In this document: positions 28,413 to 37,956 of the stretch, piece after piece
Numbering within the stretch: the first letter of the stretch is position 1
How the letters are laid out: each line of letters begins with the position of its first letter
Assembly (NCBI GenBank): GCA_963668175.1
Contig: OY764159.1
Location: forward strand, 4,503,305 to 4,567,304
Length of the DNA: 64,000 nt
Source of the DNA: Syntrophales bacterium
GTDB lineage: Bacteria; Desulfobacterota; Syntrophia; Syntrophales; PHBD01
Direction of reading: 5' to 3'
Notes under the pieces: model-generated
Told to the model about the DNA's origin: nothing
Seen by the model: only the letters and a program-made list of their open reading frames with translations
Databases searched by the model: none
Translations under genes and position numbers: made by a program

Positions 28413-28642
28413 GTGCCTTCTTGCGCAAGACGAGTCCATATAGCACCGAAACATGCATACGGCATTTCGGGGGACTCCCCGCTAAATAAATCAAGAATTT
28501 TCTTGAATTCTACGGTAATTTCACCTAATGATGAACGAGTGTTTTGCCCGCGCATGAATGCAACGGACATTTATCGAAGTTTTTCATCAAAGGCAATACA
28601 AAGGTATATGGTATAAACCTCGATAATCATAGAGGGATTCAC

Positions 28643-30064
28643 ATGATCAATCCGGCTGTACCGCATAATATTAGCGATTACGTAGAGATTCTTCGGCGGC
28701 GCTTGTGGTTTATCTTCGTTCCGTTTGCTGCAATCATTTTGGGAACGGCCATATACGTTATTTTTGCTCCCAGGATCTACATGGCCTCCACCATGATCTT
28801 GGTAAGCCCCCAAAAGGTTCCGGAAAGCTATATCCATCCCACTGTGACCACCAGTGTAGCGGAGCGGCTCCAATCCATAGCCCAGGAAGTGATGAGCCGT
28901 ACACGCCTCGAGCAAGTCATAGCCGAACTCAATCTCTATAAGAGAGAAGCAAGGAGCCGTACCAAAGAAGAGGTTGTGGAACTGATGCGCAAGGATATCA
29001 GGGTTGAGCTTCCGAAAGGAAAAGAGGGCTATTTCTCCATCAGCTACATGACCGACGATCGTAACATGGCAGCCACGGTAGCCAATCGTCTCGCCTCCCT
29101 TTTCATTGAAGAAAACCTCAAGGTAAGAGAACAACAGGCCATGGGAACGACGGAGTTTCTGGCGACGGAGCTCAGCAACACCAAGGCCAAACTTGATGAG
29201 ATGGATAAGCAGATCCTGGAATATAAGCGGCAATACATGGGAGAGCTTCCGGAGCAAAGGGATTCCAATTTGAAAATATTCGAGCAGTACCAGGCCCAGA
29301 GTCTGAAAGTCGCTGAAAGCTTGAGAGCCGCTCAGGACAGAAAAATATTACTCCAGAAACAACTCTCGGACCTGGAAACGTCCGGCACGTTGTCCACATC
29401 GGAGAATACGAAATCCGGGCGGAGCGGCGCCGTAGGGTCATACGAATCTGAAATTGCGAACCTGAAGAACACCCTCGAATCCCTCCAGGGAAAATACACG
29501 GATAACCATCCGGATGTTATGGTGACCAAGAGAAAAATTGCCGATATGGAATCCAAGAGGACGGCACTCACCATTAAGAACGATCCGCGATACCGGGAAA
29601 TACAGGGACAAATCGTTGCCACCGATCTGGAAATAAGACGATTGAAGCAGGAAGAGGCGGCGAACCAGGGACAGATGAGTAAATACAGGGCCAGGGTTGA
29701 AAATGCGCCTTTGAGAGAACAATCCATGGCTACCCTTATGAGGGAATACCAGAACACCAAACTGGCTTATGACGCCCTTTTGCAGAAAAGCCAGGGGGCT
29801 CAGCAGGCAGAAAATCTGGAGCGACGCCAGAAAGGGGAGCAATTCAAGGTGATCGACCCAGCTCGCGTCCCGGAAAAGCCCTTCTCGCCGAATATACCTA
29901 AAATTTTACTTATGGGCCTTATGGCCGCCATAGGGGGTGGAATAGGTCTTGCTTTGCTCCGGGAGCAGATGGACCGTTCCTTCCGTGATGCCGAGGACGT
30001 GGAAATGACTTTAGGGGTCAAGGTCCTCGCCAATATCCCAAAAATCGAATCGAAAGTAGCATAG
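28643..30064 (+). CDS. Polysaccharide chain-length determinant / co-polymerase (Wzz/GumC, XrtA-system type)
   Basis: N- and C-terminal TM helices, long coiled coil, YTDNHPDV, FKVIDPARVPEKP; start at ATG 28643. Confidence 0.9.
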   Translation: MINPAVPHNISDYVEILRRRLWFIFVPFAAIILGTAIYVIFAPRIYMASTMILVSPQKVPESYIHPTVTTSVAERLQSIAQEVMSRTRLEQVIAELNLYKREARSRTKEEVVELMRKDIRVELPKGKEGYFSISYMTDDRNMAATVANRLASLFIEENLKVREQQAMGTTEFLATELSNTKAKLDEMDKQILEYKRQYMGELPEQRDSNLKIFEQYQAQSLKVAESLRAAQDRKILLQKQLSDLETSGTLSTSENTKSGRSGAVGSYESEIANLKNTLESLQGKYTDNHPDVMVTKRKIADMESKRTALTIKNDPRYREIQGQIVATDLEIRRLKQEEAANQGQMSKYRARVENAPLREQSMATLMREYQNTKLAYDALLQKSQGAQQAENLERRQKGEQFKVIDPARVPEKPFSPNIPKILLMGLMAAIGGGIGLALLREQMDRSFRDAEDVEMTLGVKVLANIPKIESKVA

Positions 30065-30070
30065 ACTGCT

Positions 30071-30985
30071 GTGTACAGAAAATTCTTCGGCCTTAAAGAC
30101 AAACCCTTTGAGATCACGCCGGACCCGCGTTTTCTTTATCGGAGCGACATTCATAAAGAAGCGCTGGCGAACTTGAAATATGCCGTCAGGGAAGGTAAAG
30201 GTTTTACGGTAGTCACAGGTGAAGTGGGAACGGGAAAAACCACGCTGATCCATTCTCTGCTCAGCACACTTGACGGTAATGTCCGCACCGCTTATATCTT
30301 CAATCCCAATCTCCGGCCGACGGACTTTTTGAACTACATCTGCGACGACCTGGGACTGAAATCGGAAGAACTGCGCTCCCGGGGGCAGAGTCTGACGATG
30401 CTACATAACTTTCTCCTGGAATGTTACGAAAAGAACGAGAAAGTATACCTCATCATTGATGAGGCACAGAGTCTCAGCCCGAAACTCCTTGAGGAAGTTC
30501 GTCTTCTCACGAATTTGGAAACGGCCAAGAGTAAACTTCTCCATCTGATTCTGATGGGTCAGCCGGAACTCGATAATATGCTTGCCGACCCGGGGTTACG
30601 CCAACTTAAGCAGAGAATCACGATCCGGCATCGCATAACCCCTCTCGACGAAAGAGATACCAGAGATTACATCCTTCACCGCCTTAAGATTGCCGGAGCG
30701 AAACATATTAATATCTTCGATGAAGGGGCGATTAAAGAGATATATCGTTATTCATCAGGGATACCGCGGTTAATCAATATCGTGTGCGACAACGCTCTTA
30801 TCACCGGATTTTCCCGGGAAGAGAAGAGAATCACAAGGTCGATAATCAAGGAAGTCATCAGGGACCTGGAAGGACCTTCTTACACCCGCAAGTTTGTGTT
30901 TAACTGGAAGATCGCATTGTTATTGGCCCTTATTGTCGTATTGGTCATTGTGACCTTGGATTATTTCATATTAAATACAAAATAG
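30071..30985 (+). CDS. ExeA-family AAA ATPase (PEP-CTERM-system associated)
   Basis: FFGLKDKPFEITPDPRF, GEVGTGKT, IIDEAQ, LMGQPEL, GIPRLIN; C-terminal TM helix. Confidence 0.9.
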   Translation: MYRKFFGLKDKPFEITPDPRFLYRSDIHKEALANLKYAVREGKGFTVVTGEVGTGKTTLIHSLLSTLDGNVRTAYIFNPNLRPTDFLNYICDDLGLKSEELRSRGQSLTMLHNFLLECYEKNEKVYLIIDEAQSLSPKLLEEVRLLTNLETAKSKLLHLILMGQPELDNMLADPGLRQLKQRITIRHRITPLDERDTRDYILHRLKIAGAKHINIFDEGAIKEIYRYSSGIPRLINIVCDNALITGFSREEKRITRSIIKEVIRDLEGPSYTRKFVFNWKIALLLALIVVLVIVTLDYFILNTK

Positions 30986-31000
30986 GATGGTGTCGGACAC

Positions 31001-31897
31001 ATGGGCAAGATGTTCGAAGCGCTACAAAAGGTCGAAAGGGATAAGGTTAGGGAGTCGGAACCTGATGTTCCTGAAACCGCTCCGGACCAAATGGTTCTGG
31101 ACGAAAACATGGTTTCTTACTTCCTGCCTGAATCAGTCGCCTCGGAGCAGTTCAAGAAGCTTAGAACCCACCTATTCAAAGAGAGCATTCATTCCAAAGA
31201 GATACCGCGAACCATTCTTGTGACCAGTACGACAAGCGGGGAGGGGAAAACTTTTGTGGCCATCAACCTGGCGATCACACTGGCAACAGACTTGCAGAAG
31301 TATGCCCTCCTGGTCGATTGTGATCTTCGCAATCCATCCTTTTCCCGCTGGTTCGGCCTCTCGGACCGGAAGGGTCTTTCCAACTATTTGCAGGGAGAAA
31401 GCGATATCTCGGAACTCCTCATCAAGACCAACATAGACAAATTGACCCTCTTTTGCGGCGGACCGGCCAATCAGGATAACCCGGTGGAGTTAATCGGTTC
31501 GAAGCAAATGGAATCTCTGGTCAGTGAATTGAATGCCCGTTACCCGGACCGCTATATCATCATCGATTCGCCTCCTTTGCTGGCCACAACGGAACCAACC
31601 GTCCTGATGAAGATGGTCGATGCCATCCTGTTCGTCGTACGGGCAGGACAAACACCTCGCGATTCAATCCTGCAGGCCATAAAAGGAATCGACAAGAAGA
31701 AGATCATCGGCGTCGTGCTGAACGACATTGAATTTAAGACATCATCGCTGAATTCGAGATACTTCGGTTCCCGGGACGGATATTACGGGTATTATTCAAA
31801 AATGCGAAAGCCTCAGCCGAAAGGCTGGAAGAAATGGATTGCCGTACCGCGTTTTTTCAGAAAGAAACACTTCAGACCAGGTGAAAATGTCAAATAA
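31001..31897 (+). CDS. Polysaccharide-biosynthesis tyrosine autokinase (CpsD/CapB, BY-kinase)
   Basis: EQFKKLRT, GEGKT, DCDLRNP, IIDSPP and a C-terminal Tyr cluster YFGSRDGYYGYY. Confidence 0.92.
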   Translation: MGKMFEALQKVERDKVRESEPDVPETAPDQMVLDENMVSYFLPESVASEQFKKLRTHLFKESIHSKEIPRTILVTSTTSGEGKTFVAINLAITLATDLQKYALLVDCDLRNPSFSRWFGLSDRKGLSNYLQGESDISELLIKTNIDKLTLFCGGPANQDNPVELIGSKQMESLVSELNARYPDRYIIIDSPPLLATTEPTVLMKMVDAILFVVRAGQTPRDSILQAIKGIDKKKIIGVVLNDIEFKTSSLNSRYFGSRDGYYGYYSKMRKPQPKGWKKWIAVPRFFRKKHFRPGENVK

Positions 31898-33284
31898 GAC
31901 GAGGCTTTATCTCGACGTCCGGGCATTTTTTTATATCAGCCTGGAGGCCCTGCTGATGATCGGGATTCTTATCTTCAGCATCTACATACGTCGTGGCGGT
32001 TTGTTATTTTCTATCATCGGCGATGAAAGCTTTATCTTGAAAGTGGCTGTTTTCATCACCTTGATCCTCGTTCCGCTTTACTTGTTGAGTCTTTATGAAG
32101 AAAGAATTGCTCCGGGTCATGTACTTGAATTGTCCGGCTGGCGATTTTTACAGGCCCTTGTCATTGCAGCCTTCCTTCTATCGTTTATCTATTTCCTTCA
32201 TCCGTTCCTGGCCTTCGAAAGAGACGTTTTCCTGACCAGCTTTCTCTTGATCGGTTTATCGTCTCTTGCTATCAGATTGGTTTACCAGAAGATTCTCACC
32301 ATCCAACACGTAGCCAAGAATGTTCTCGTCATTGGATGCGGAACATTGGCAGGCGAGATTACACAGGAAATAGAAAACCAAAAAAACATCGGCTACAATT
32401 TGGTGGGATTCATAACCAACGAACCGGATCGCGTTGGAAATCTGGTGTATAACAAACCCATTCTGGGCGATCCGTCGCAAATCATGGAAATCGTCAAAGA
32501 CAAGAAAATCGATCAGATTATTGTCGCGCTCGATGAAAGGAGGGGGGGATTTCCCCTCATGCAACTTCTTGAGTGCAAAGTCCAGGGGCTAATCATCAAA
32601 CCCGGCGTTGAATTCTATGAACGCCTCACCGGCAGACTGAAGATCAAGCACTTGGTCCCCAGTACCATGATCTTTTCGAAAGGATTTAAAAAATCCGCTC
32701 TGCAACTTGCACTCAAGAGGTTTACAGAACTCATCATGTCGATCTGTGGCCTGATCATCCTGGCCCCTCTTATGTTGATCATTGCTCTTATCATTAAGCT
32801 GGAGTCTCGTGGACCGGTATTTTACCGTCAGGAAAGAGTGGGGGAATACGGAAAATGTTTCGAATTGATCAAGTTCCGTTCGATGTATACTGATGCGGAG
32901 GCAAACGGCCCGGTCTGGGCAAAGGAAAACGATAAAAGAGTGACGCGGGTCGGGAAATGGCTGAGGAAATTGCGTCTTGATGAAATACCGCAGATGATCA
33001 ATGTCATAAAGGGGAATATGTCATTTGTAGGTCCCAGGCCCGAACGTCCTCACTTTGTGAACATCCTGCGCAGGGAAATCCCTTTCTACGATCAACGTTT
33101 ATCCGTGAAACCGGGCATCACCGGGTGGGCCCAAATCATGTATGTATATGCCGGTTCCAAAGAAGAAACCTTGGAGAAAATGACCTACGATTTGTTCTAT
33201 ATTAAGAATATGTCATTATTTCTCGATTTCTATATCATTTACAAAACGATCATGGTCGTGTTTTTTGGAAAAGGGGCAAGATAA
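31887..33284 (+). CDS. Initiating polyprenyl-phosphate sugar-1-P transferase (WcaJ-like, PEP-CTERM system type)
   Basis: Four N-terminal TMs, CoA-binding-like domain, KFRSM, RLDEIPQ, GPRPERP, KPGITGWAQ; start at ATG 31887. Confidence 0.93.
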   Translation: MSNKTRLYLDVRAFFYISLEALLMIGILIFSIYIRRGGLLFSIIGDESFILKVAVFITLILVPLYLLSLYEERIAPGHVLELSGWRFLQALVIAAFLLSFIYFLHPFLAFERDVFLTSFLLIGLSSLAIRLVYQKILTIQHVAKNVLVIGCGTLAGEITQEIENQKNIGYNLVGFITNEPDRVGNLVYNKPILGDPSQIMEIVKDKKIDQIIVALDERRGGFPLMQLLECKVQGLIIKPGVEFYERLTGRLKIKHLVPSTMIFSKGFKKSALQLALKRFTELIMSICGLIILAPLMLIIALIIKLESRGPVFYRQERVGEYGKCFELIKFRSMYTDAEANGPVWAKENDKRVTRVGKWLRKLRLDEIPQMINVIKGNMSFVGPRPERPHFVNILRREIPFYDQRLSVKPGITGWAQIMYVYAGSKEETLEKMTYDLFYIKNMSLFLDFYIIYKTIMVVFFGKGAR

Positions 33285-33505
33285 GGCCCATAAGCAAATA
33301 CGGAACAAGACTTCCTGCTGGAATTGTCGTATAATGATTCCGGAAGAGAGTGTGAGGGGGATTTTGAGTAATCGTCCCTATAATGGAATCACATATTCCA
33401 TGTTCATCTAGATTTGTTTGGATATCGATTCCCAGCGTCCGGAAGCTGCGGGGATGGCCGTACACACGCCCATAGATGAGGGAAAGGCGGATACAAGTCT
33501 TTCCA

Positions 33506-33533
33506 AGGGCTTTAGAATTATAAAGCTTTTTTT
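33506..33533 (+). terminator. Candidate intrinsic terminator/attenuator in the intergenic region upstream of the deacetylase
   Basis: AGGGCTTTA-GAATTA-TAAAGCTTT stem-loop ending in a run of 7 T; the stem is AT-rich and weak. Confidence 0.4.
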
Positions 33534-33665
33534 GCCATCAAAAGTCCTGAAGACACGACAGGACCTGTCGGTTGCATGGATATATGTAATCGAGAGGGCG
33601 TGAGCTTGTCATTTCCTGGGGTCTGGCTGTACGTATCGATTCCCGATCTCGAATAAAATATACCC

Positions 33666-34589
33666 ATGAAGAACAGGATTAATGCCCTTACCATCGATGT
33701 CGAAGACTACTTCCAGGTTCAGGCCTTTTCGGCAGTTTCCAAATATGAAACCTGGGGGCATTATGAAGTACGCGTCGAAAAGAACACCTTCAATCTTTTG
33801 AACATTCTGGATGGAGTGCCTTCACACGACCCGGCAAATGGATCGACGATTCCCTGCAAAGCCACGTTCTTTGTCCTCGGATGGATCGCGGAGAGATACC
33901 CACATATCGTAAAAGCTATTAAAGCCGCCGGTCATGAAATAGCAAGCCACGGTTATGCCCACCAGGTTATATACAACCAGACGAAGGATGAGTTCAGAAC
34001 AGATATCCGGCGCGCCAAGGCTGTACTTCAGGATATTACGGGAGAAGAAATTATAGGATACCGAGCGCCCAGCTATTCGATAACGCCTAAGACACTTTGG
34101 GCTTTGGAAATTCTCATAGAAGAAGGATTTCATTACGACTCAAGCATCTTTCCCGTATATCACGATATTTACGGAATGCCCGATGCCCCGCGCTTCCCGT
34201 TTGCCGTCCGCATCGATGAAAAGAGAAAGATTGAATTCGCACCTATAACGGCTGAAACGAAACGTACCGCCATGCTGGAATTCCCCATATCAACCGTAAA
34301 GATCCTCGGAACGAACATCCCTGTGGCGGGAGGCGGTTACTTCCGCCTATTCCCCTATCACCTCATTAAATACGGATTGAAACGGATCAACGAAGTCGAC
34401 CAACAGCCTTTTATCTTCTACCTTCATCCCTGGGAGTGCGACCCGGAGCAGCCCAAAATAGATGGAGCGGGATTACGTTCCCAATTTCGCCATCGAATCA
34501 ACTTGAGCAAAACGCAACGTCGTTTTCAAAAGTTACTGGATGATTTCCAGTTCACAACCGTTCGGGACATGTTGACCAATCATATTTGA
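33666..34589 (+). CDS. XrtA-system polysaccharide deacetylase (DUF3473)
   Basis: TIDVEDYFQV, ATFFVLGW, HEIASHGYAH, GYRAPSYS, YDSS, GGGYFRL, YLHPWE. Confidence 0.93.
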   Translation: MKNRINALTIDVEDYFQVQAFSAVSKYETWGHYEVRVEKNTFNLLNILDGVPSHDPANGSTIPCKATFFVLGWIAERYPHIVKAIKAAGHEIASHGYAHQVIYNQTKDEFRTDIRRAKAVLQDITGEEIIGYRAPSYSITPKTLWALEILIEEGFHYDSSIFPVYHDIYGMPDAPRFPFAVRIDEKRKIEFAPITAETKRTAMLEFPISTVKILGTNIPVAGGGYFRLFPYHLIKYGLKRINEVDQQPFIFYLHPWECDPEQPKIDGAGLRSQFRHRINLSKTQRRFQKLLDDFQFTTVRDMLTNHI

Positions 34590-34606
34590 AAGGTATCCGG
34601 ATTCCC

Positions 34607-35461
34607 ATGAATGATCTTCTGTTCAAAGATAAGAAGCTTGCCGGTATCGGCGCCGCTGCCTTTGTTCTCTTCATCTTGACTTTTTATCCCGTCTTTCAAT
34701 CCCTTATCGGTAGATGGTACAACGATGAAGATTATTCGCACGGGTTCCTGATCATTCCGATATCCCTGTATATCGTATGGGAAAAGAGGCATTTGCTGGC
34801 TCAAGTATTCCGGCGGCCTTCCCAATGGGGTCTCGTTTTCATTATGATATCCCTGTTGATCTATATCCTTGCGCAAATAGCAGAAGTCGTCTCCCTGGCC
34901 TCCGTTTCCATGATCCTGCTCCTCGCGTCTGCGGTCATTTATCTTCAAGGATTTCCTATGTTAAGGGCACTTGGCTTTCCTTTAGCATTTCTTCTCTTTA
35001 TGATACCGGTTCCGGCACAGATCTATTCGGCGTTGACGATCAACCTTCAACTTTTCGTCACTCAAGCCAGCGCCTGGATTTCTCCGCTTCTGGGTATATC
35101 TCTTTATCATGAAGGGAATGTGATTTATTTGCCTCACCGCACGCTTCAAGTCGTCAACGCCTGCAGCGGTATGAGATCGATTATTTCTTTGCTTGCCATG
35201 AGTTCCATCGTCGCCTATTTCTACCTGCAATCGAATCCGCTTCGCTGGATACTATTTTTCCTGGGTATACCAATAGCTGTTATTACGAATATCATTCGCG
35301 TTATCAGTCTGATTGTGGCTTTTCAATATTTCAATACGGACCTGACGGCCGGCACGGCCCATACAGTGCTCGGTTTGGTCATTTTTGCACTGGCTTTGGC
35401 TTTGACGATCTTAGGCATGGAGGTACTGAAAATTTGGGAAAAGAAACTCAAAAAAAGTTAA
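34607..35461 (+). CDS. Exosortase (EpsH/Xrt family)
   Basis: YSHGFLI, FLLFMIPVP, VVNACSGMRS (Cys), NIIRV (Arg), AHT (His); about 8 TM; subfamily not assigned. Confidence 0.93.
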   Translation: MNDLLFKDKKLAGIGAAAFVLFILTFYPVFQSLIGRWYNDEDYSHGFLIIPISLYIVWEKRHLLAQVFRRPSQWGLVFIMISLLIYILAQIAEVVSLASVSMILLLASAVIYLQGFPMLRALGFPLAFLLFMIPVPAQIYSALTINLQLFVTQASAWISPLLGISLYHEGNVIYLPHRTLQVVNACSGMRSIISLLAMSSIVAYFYLQSNPLRWILFFLGIPIAVITNIIRVISLIVAFQYFNTDLTAGTAHTVLGLVIFALALALTILGMEVLKIWEKKLKKS

Positions 35462-36081
35462 TTATCCTAATCGTATGCCTGTTGGCAGCCCTCGCGTGCA
35501 TTTATGGACTGCCCACTTCCGAACCTCACCGCAAAAATGTCAGGCTCAACGATATCTTGGCGAACGTGGGAGGATGGAATCCGGGTGCGCCTATTGATAT
35601 CGAACCGGCGATTGTCAAGGTCCTGAATCTTGACGATTATTTGAACCGTTACTATTTTCGGGAGAAAGAAAACGTATCTCTATACATCGGATACTATCTT
35701 ACAAAAAGCAAGATAGGAGCCGCTCATGATCCGATGGTTTGTTTTCCCGGACAGGGATTCATACTGTCTAGTGTCAATAAAGGGACATATCAACTCCCCA
35801 CCAGCCGCGAGACCATCACCTATTCCCTCATGACAGCGCAACGGAATCAAAAAAAGGACCTCATCATTTACTGGTTTCAGTCATTCGATCAGACCAACGA
35901 AGACACGTTCCGCCAGAAAGTCAATCTCCTTTTGCAGCAGATCAAGACGCGCCGGGAAGATAACGCCTTTGTAAGAATTACCGTGTCCCTGGACAACAGG
36001 ACACAGCAGGAAGGTTTGAAACTGGGCCTTGATTTCATTGACGCCTTCTACCCTCGCTTTCTCGAATACGTCAGGATGTAA
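35434..36081 (+). CDS. epsI: EpsI-family protein (exosortase-associated)
   Basis: N-terminal TM, LNLDDYL, LYIGYY, HDPMVCFPGQG, IIYWFQ, AFVRI; directly follows the exosortase. Confidence 0.88.
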   Translation: MGKETQKKLIILIVCLLAALACIYGLPTSEPHRKNVRLNDILANVGGWNPGAPIDIEPAIVKVLNLDDYLNRYYFREKENVSLYIGYYLTKSKIGAAHDPMVCFPGQGFILSSVNKGTYQLPTSRETITYSLMTAQRNQKKDLIIYWFQSFDQTNEDTFRQKVNLLLQQIKTRREDNAFVRITVSLDNRTQQEGLKLGLDFIDAFYPRFLEYVRM

Positions 36082-36090
36082 TTCTTACCA

Positions 36091-37305
36091 ATGTTGCTCA
36101 TTGCCGGCATTTTTTATCTATCCATATTCATTCTTTTCTATATTTACGCGGGATATCCGTTTCTTGTGTTCATCATATCCATGATCAGAAGCAAGCCCGT
36201 AAAGAAAGACCGATCCCTGCCTCACGTTACAATTCTTATCGCCGCATATAACGAAGAAAACGTCATTGAGGCGACGGTTAAAAACAAGCTGAAGCTCAAT
36301 TATCCTGCCGACAAGCTGGAGATTATCGTCATTTCCGACGGTTCCGACGACCGAACGGATCAAATCGTTCAGGCCCTTATCCCTTCATTGCAGATAACAG
36401 AGACTGGCAGAGAAACACCTGCGGAAGGTAGACAAACGGCAATGCCCACGCCTTCAGTGAGACTCCTCCGCCAGAAACCAAGGTCGGGCAAAACTTCGGC
36501 ACTAAATATGGCTGTACCGCATGCAAAGGGTGAAATCATCGTTTTTTCAGACGCCAACTCGATCTATGATCCGGAGGCCTTGGTATACCTGGTTCAAAAC
36601 TTTCATGATCCGACTGTCGGCTACGTAACAGGTAAGATGATATACACAAACCCCCAGGGAAGCATTATAGGGGATGGCTGCTCTACGTACATGAAATATG
36701 AAAACACCCTGCGTAGCCTGGAGTCCGAAATCGGCTCTATCGTGGGCGTTGATGGCGGCATCGACGCTATGAGAAAGACGTTGTATAAACCCATGAATCC
36801 GGACCAGCTTCCGGATTTCGTTCAGCCTCTGAAAGTCGTAGAACAGGGTTACAGGGTGGTTTATGAACCTGCCGCACTATTGAAGGAGCCTGCACTTACT
36901 TCTATGAAGGACGAATATCGCATGCGGGTGAGGGTTTCGCTTCGCGCCATATGGGCACTTCATGATATGAAGCACCTTTTCAACCCGGGACGATTTGGAC
37001 TCTTCTCGTGGGAACTTTTGTCTCATAAATGGCTTCGCTACACAGCTTTTTTGTATCTCATCACGGCCTTTGTTTCCAATCTTCTATTATTGAACGAGCA
37101 TCCTTTTTTTCGCATCCTGATGATTCTGCAGGCTCTATTCTATCTGGCGGCACTATTGTCCTTCATCCTGGAGAAAAAGGATCTCCATGTAAAAGTTTTT
37201 TATATCCCGTATTATTTCTCGTTAATTAACCTGGCTTCCGCCCGGGCTTTTTTGAAATTTATGATGGGCGAAAAACAGGTCATCTGGACACCGAGGAAGG
37301 GATAG
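36091..37305 (+). CDS. Glycosyltransferase family 2 (membrane-bound)
   Basis: YAGYP, AAYNEE, SDGSDD, GKTSALN, FSDAN, SHKWLR; C-terminal TMs. Confidence 0.92.
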   Translation: MLLIAGIFYLSIFILFYIYAGYPFLVFIISMIRSKPVKKDRSLPHVTILIAAYNEENVIEATVKNKLKLNYPADKLEIIVISDGSDDRTDQIVQALIPSLQITETGRETPAEGRQTAMPTPSVRLLRQKPRSGKTSALNMAVPHAKGEIIVFSDANSIYDPEALVYLVQNFHDPTVGYVTGKMIYTNPQGSIIGDGCSTYMKYENTLRSLESEIGSIVGVDGGIDAMRKTLYKPMNPDQLPDFVQPLKVVEQGYRVVYEPAALLKEPALTSMKDEYRMRVRVSLRAIWALHDMKHLFNPGRFGLFSWELLSHKWLRYTAFLYLITAFVSNLLLLNEHPFFRILMILQALFYLAALLSFILEKKDLHVKVFYIPYYFSLINLASARAFLKFMMGEKQVIWTPRKG

Positions 37306-37343
37306 CGACAGAAACGGGATATGCCGGGATATTATGGGATAGC

Positions 37344-37916
37344 ATGCGTTTCAGTGAATATCGATACCTGGTTAAAAGCGATTTATACCGATATAATGCA
37401 AGGAAAGATACCGCGGTATTCATCCGCAATCTTTGTTTCAATCCCGGCTTTAAATATACGTTCTGGATGAGGTCTGCAAAGTATTTCCGTAAGAAGAAAA
37501 CTTTTCTTTTTTTTTATATATTAGCCAGGCTGTTTCTCCATCATTACAAGTTCAAATACGGTATCAGCATCCCATACGACACACGCATCGGCGCCGGTTT
37601 TTATATCGGTCACTTCGGCGGCATCGTTGTCAATCCTGAGGCCGTCATAGGCAGCAATTGCAACATAAATCAGGACGTATCCATCGGCGCGACCTATGGA
37701 GGACGCACCCCGGGGGTTCCCTCCATCGGAGATAACGTCTATATGGGACCAGGATCAAAGATCATCGGGGGCATTCGCATCGGCGACGATGCAGCCATCG
37801 GCGCCAACTGTGTTGTCAACAAATCCATCGAAGACCATTCAGTGGCGGTGGGCAATCCGTTTCAAATCGTTTCTCATGAAGGCGCTTCGCGCTACGTTAT
37901 CAACACGGACTATTGA
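37344..37916 (+). CDS. Serine-acetyltransferase-like hexapeptide acyltransferase (WcaB/CysE-like)
   Basis: IGAGFYIGHFGGIVVN, IGDNVYMGPG, IGANCVV, GNP left-handed beta-helix repeats. Confidence 0.85.
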   Translation: MRFSEYRYLVKSDLYRYNARKDTAVFIRNLCFNPGFKYTFWMRSAKYFRKKKTFLFFYILARLFLHHYKFKYGISIPYDTRIGAGFYIGHFGGIVVNPEAVIGSNCNINQDVSIGATYGGRTPGVPSIGDNVYMGPGSKIIGGIRIGDDAAIGANCVVNKSIEDHSVAVGNPFQIVSHEGASRYVINTDY

Positions 37917-37956
37917 TCCATGCATTTACGTGCCATTGGCATAAACAAGAGGAGAT

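Noticed and set aside
37344..37916. Possible cysE supplying O-acetylserine to the cysteine synthase fusion
   Set aside because: Short, lacks an evident CysE N-terminal helical domain and is embedded among EPS genes; more likely a polysaccharide O-acetyltransferase.
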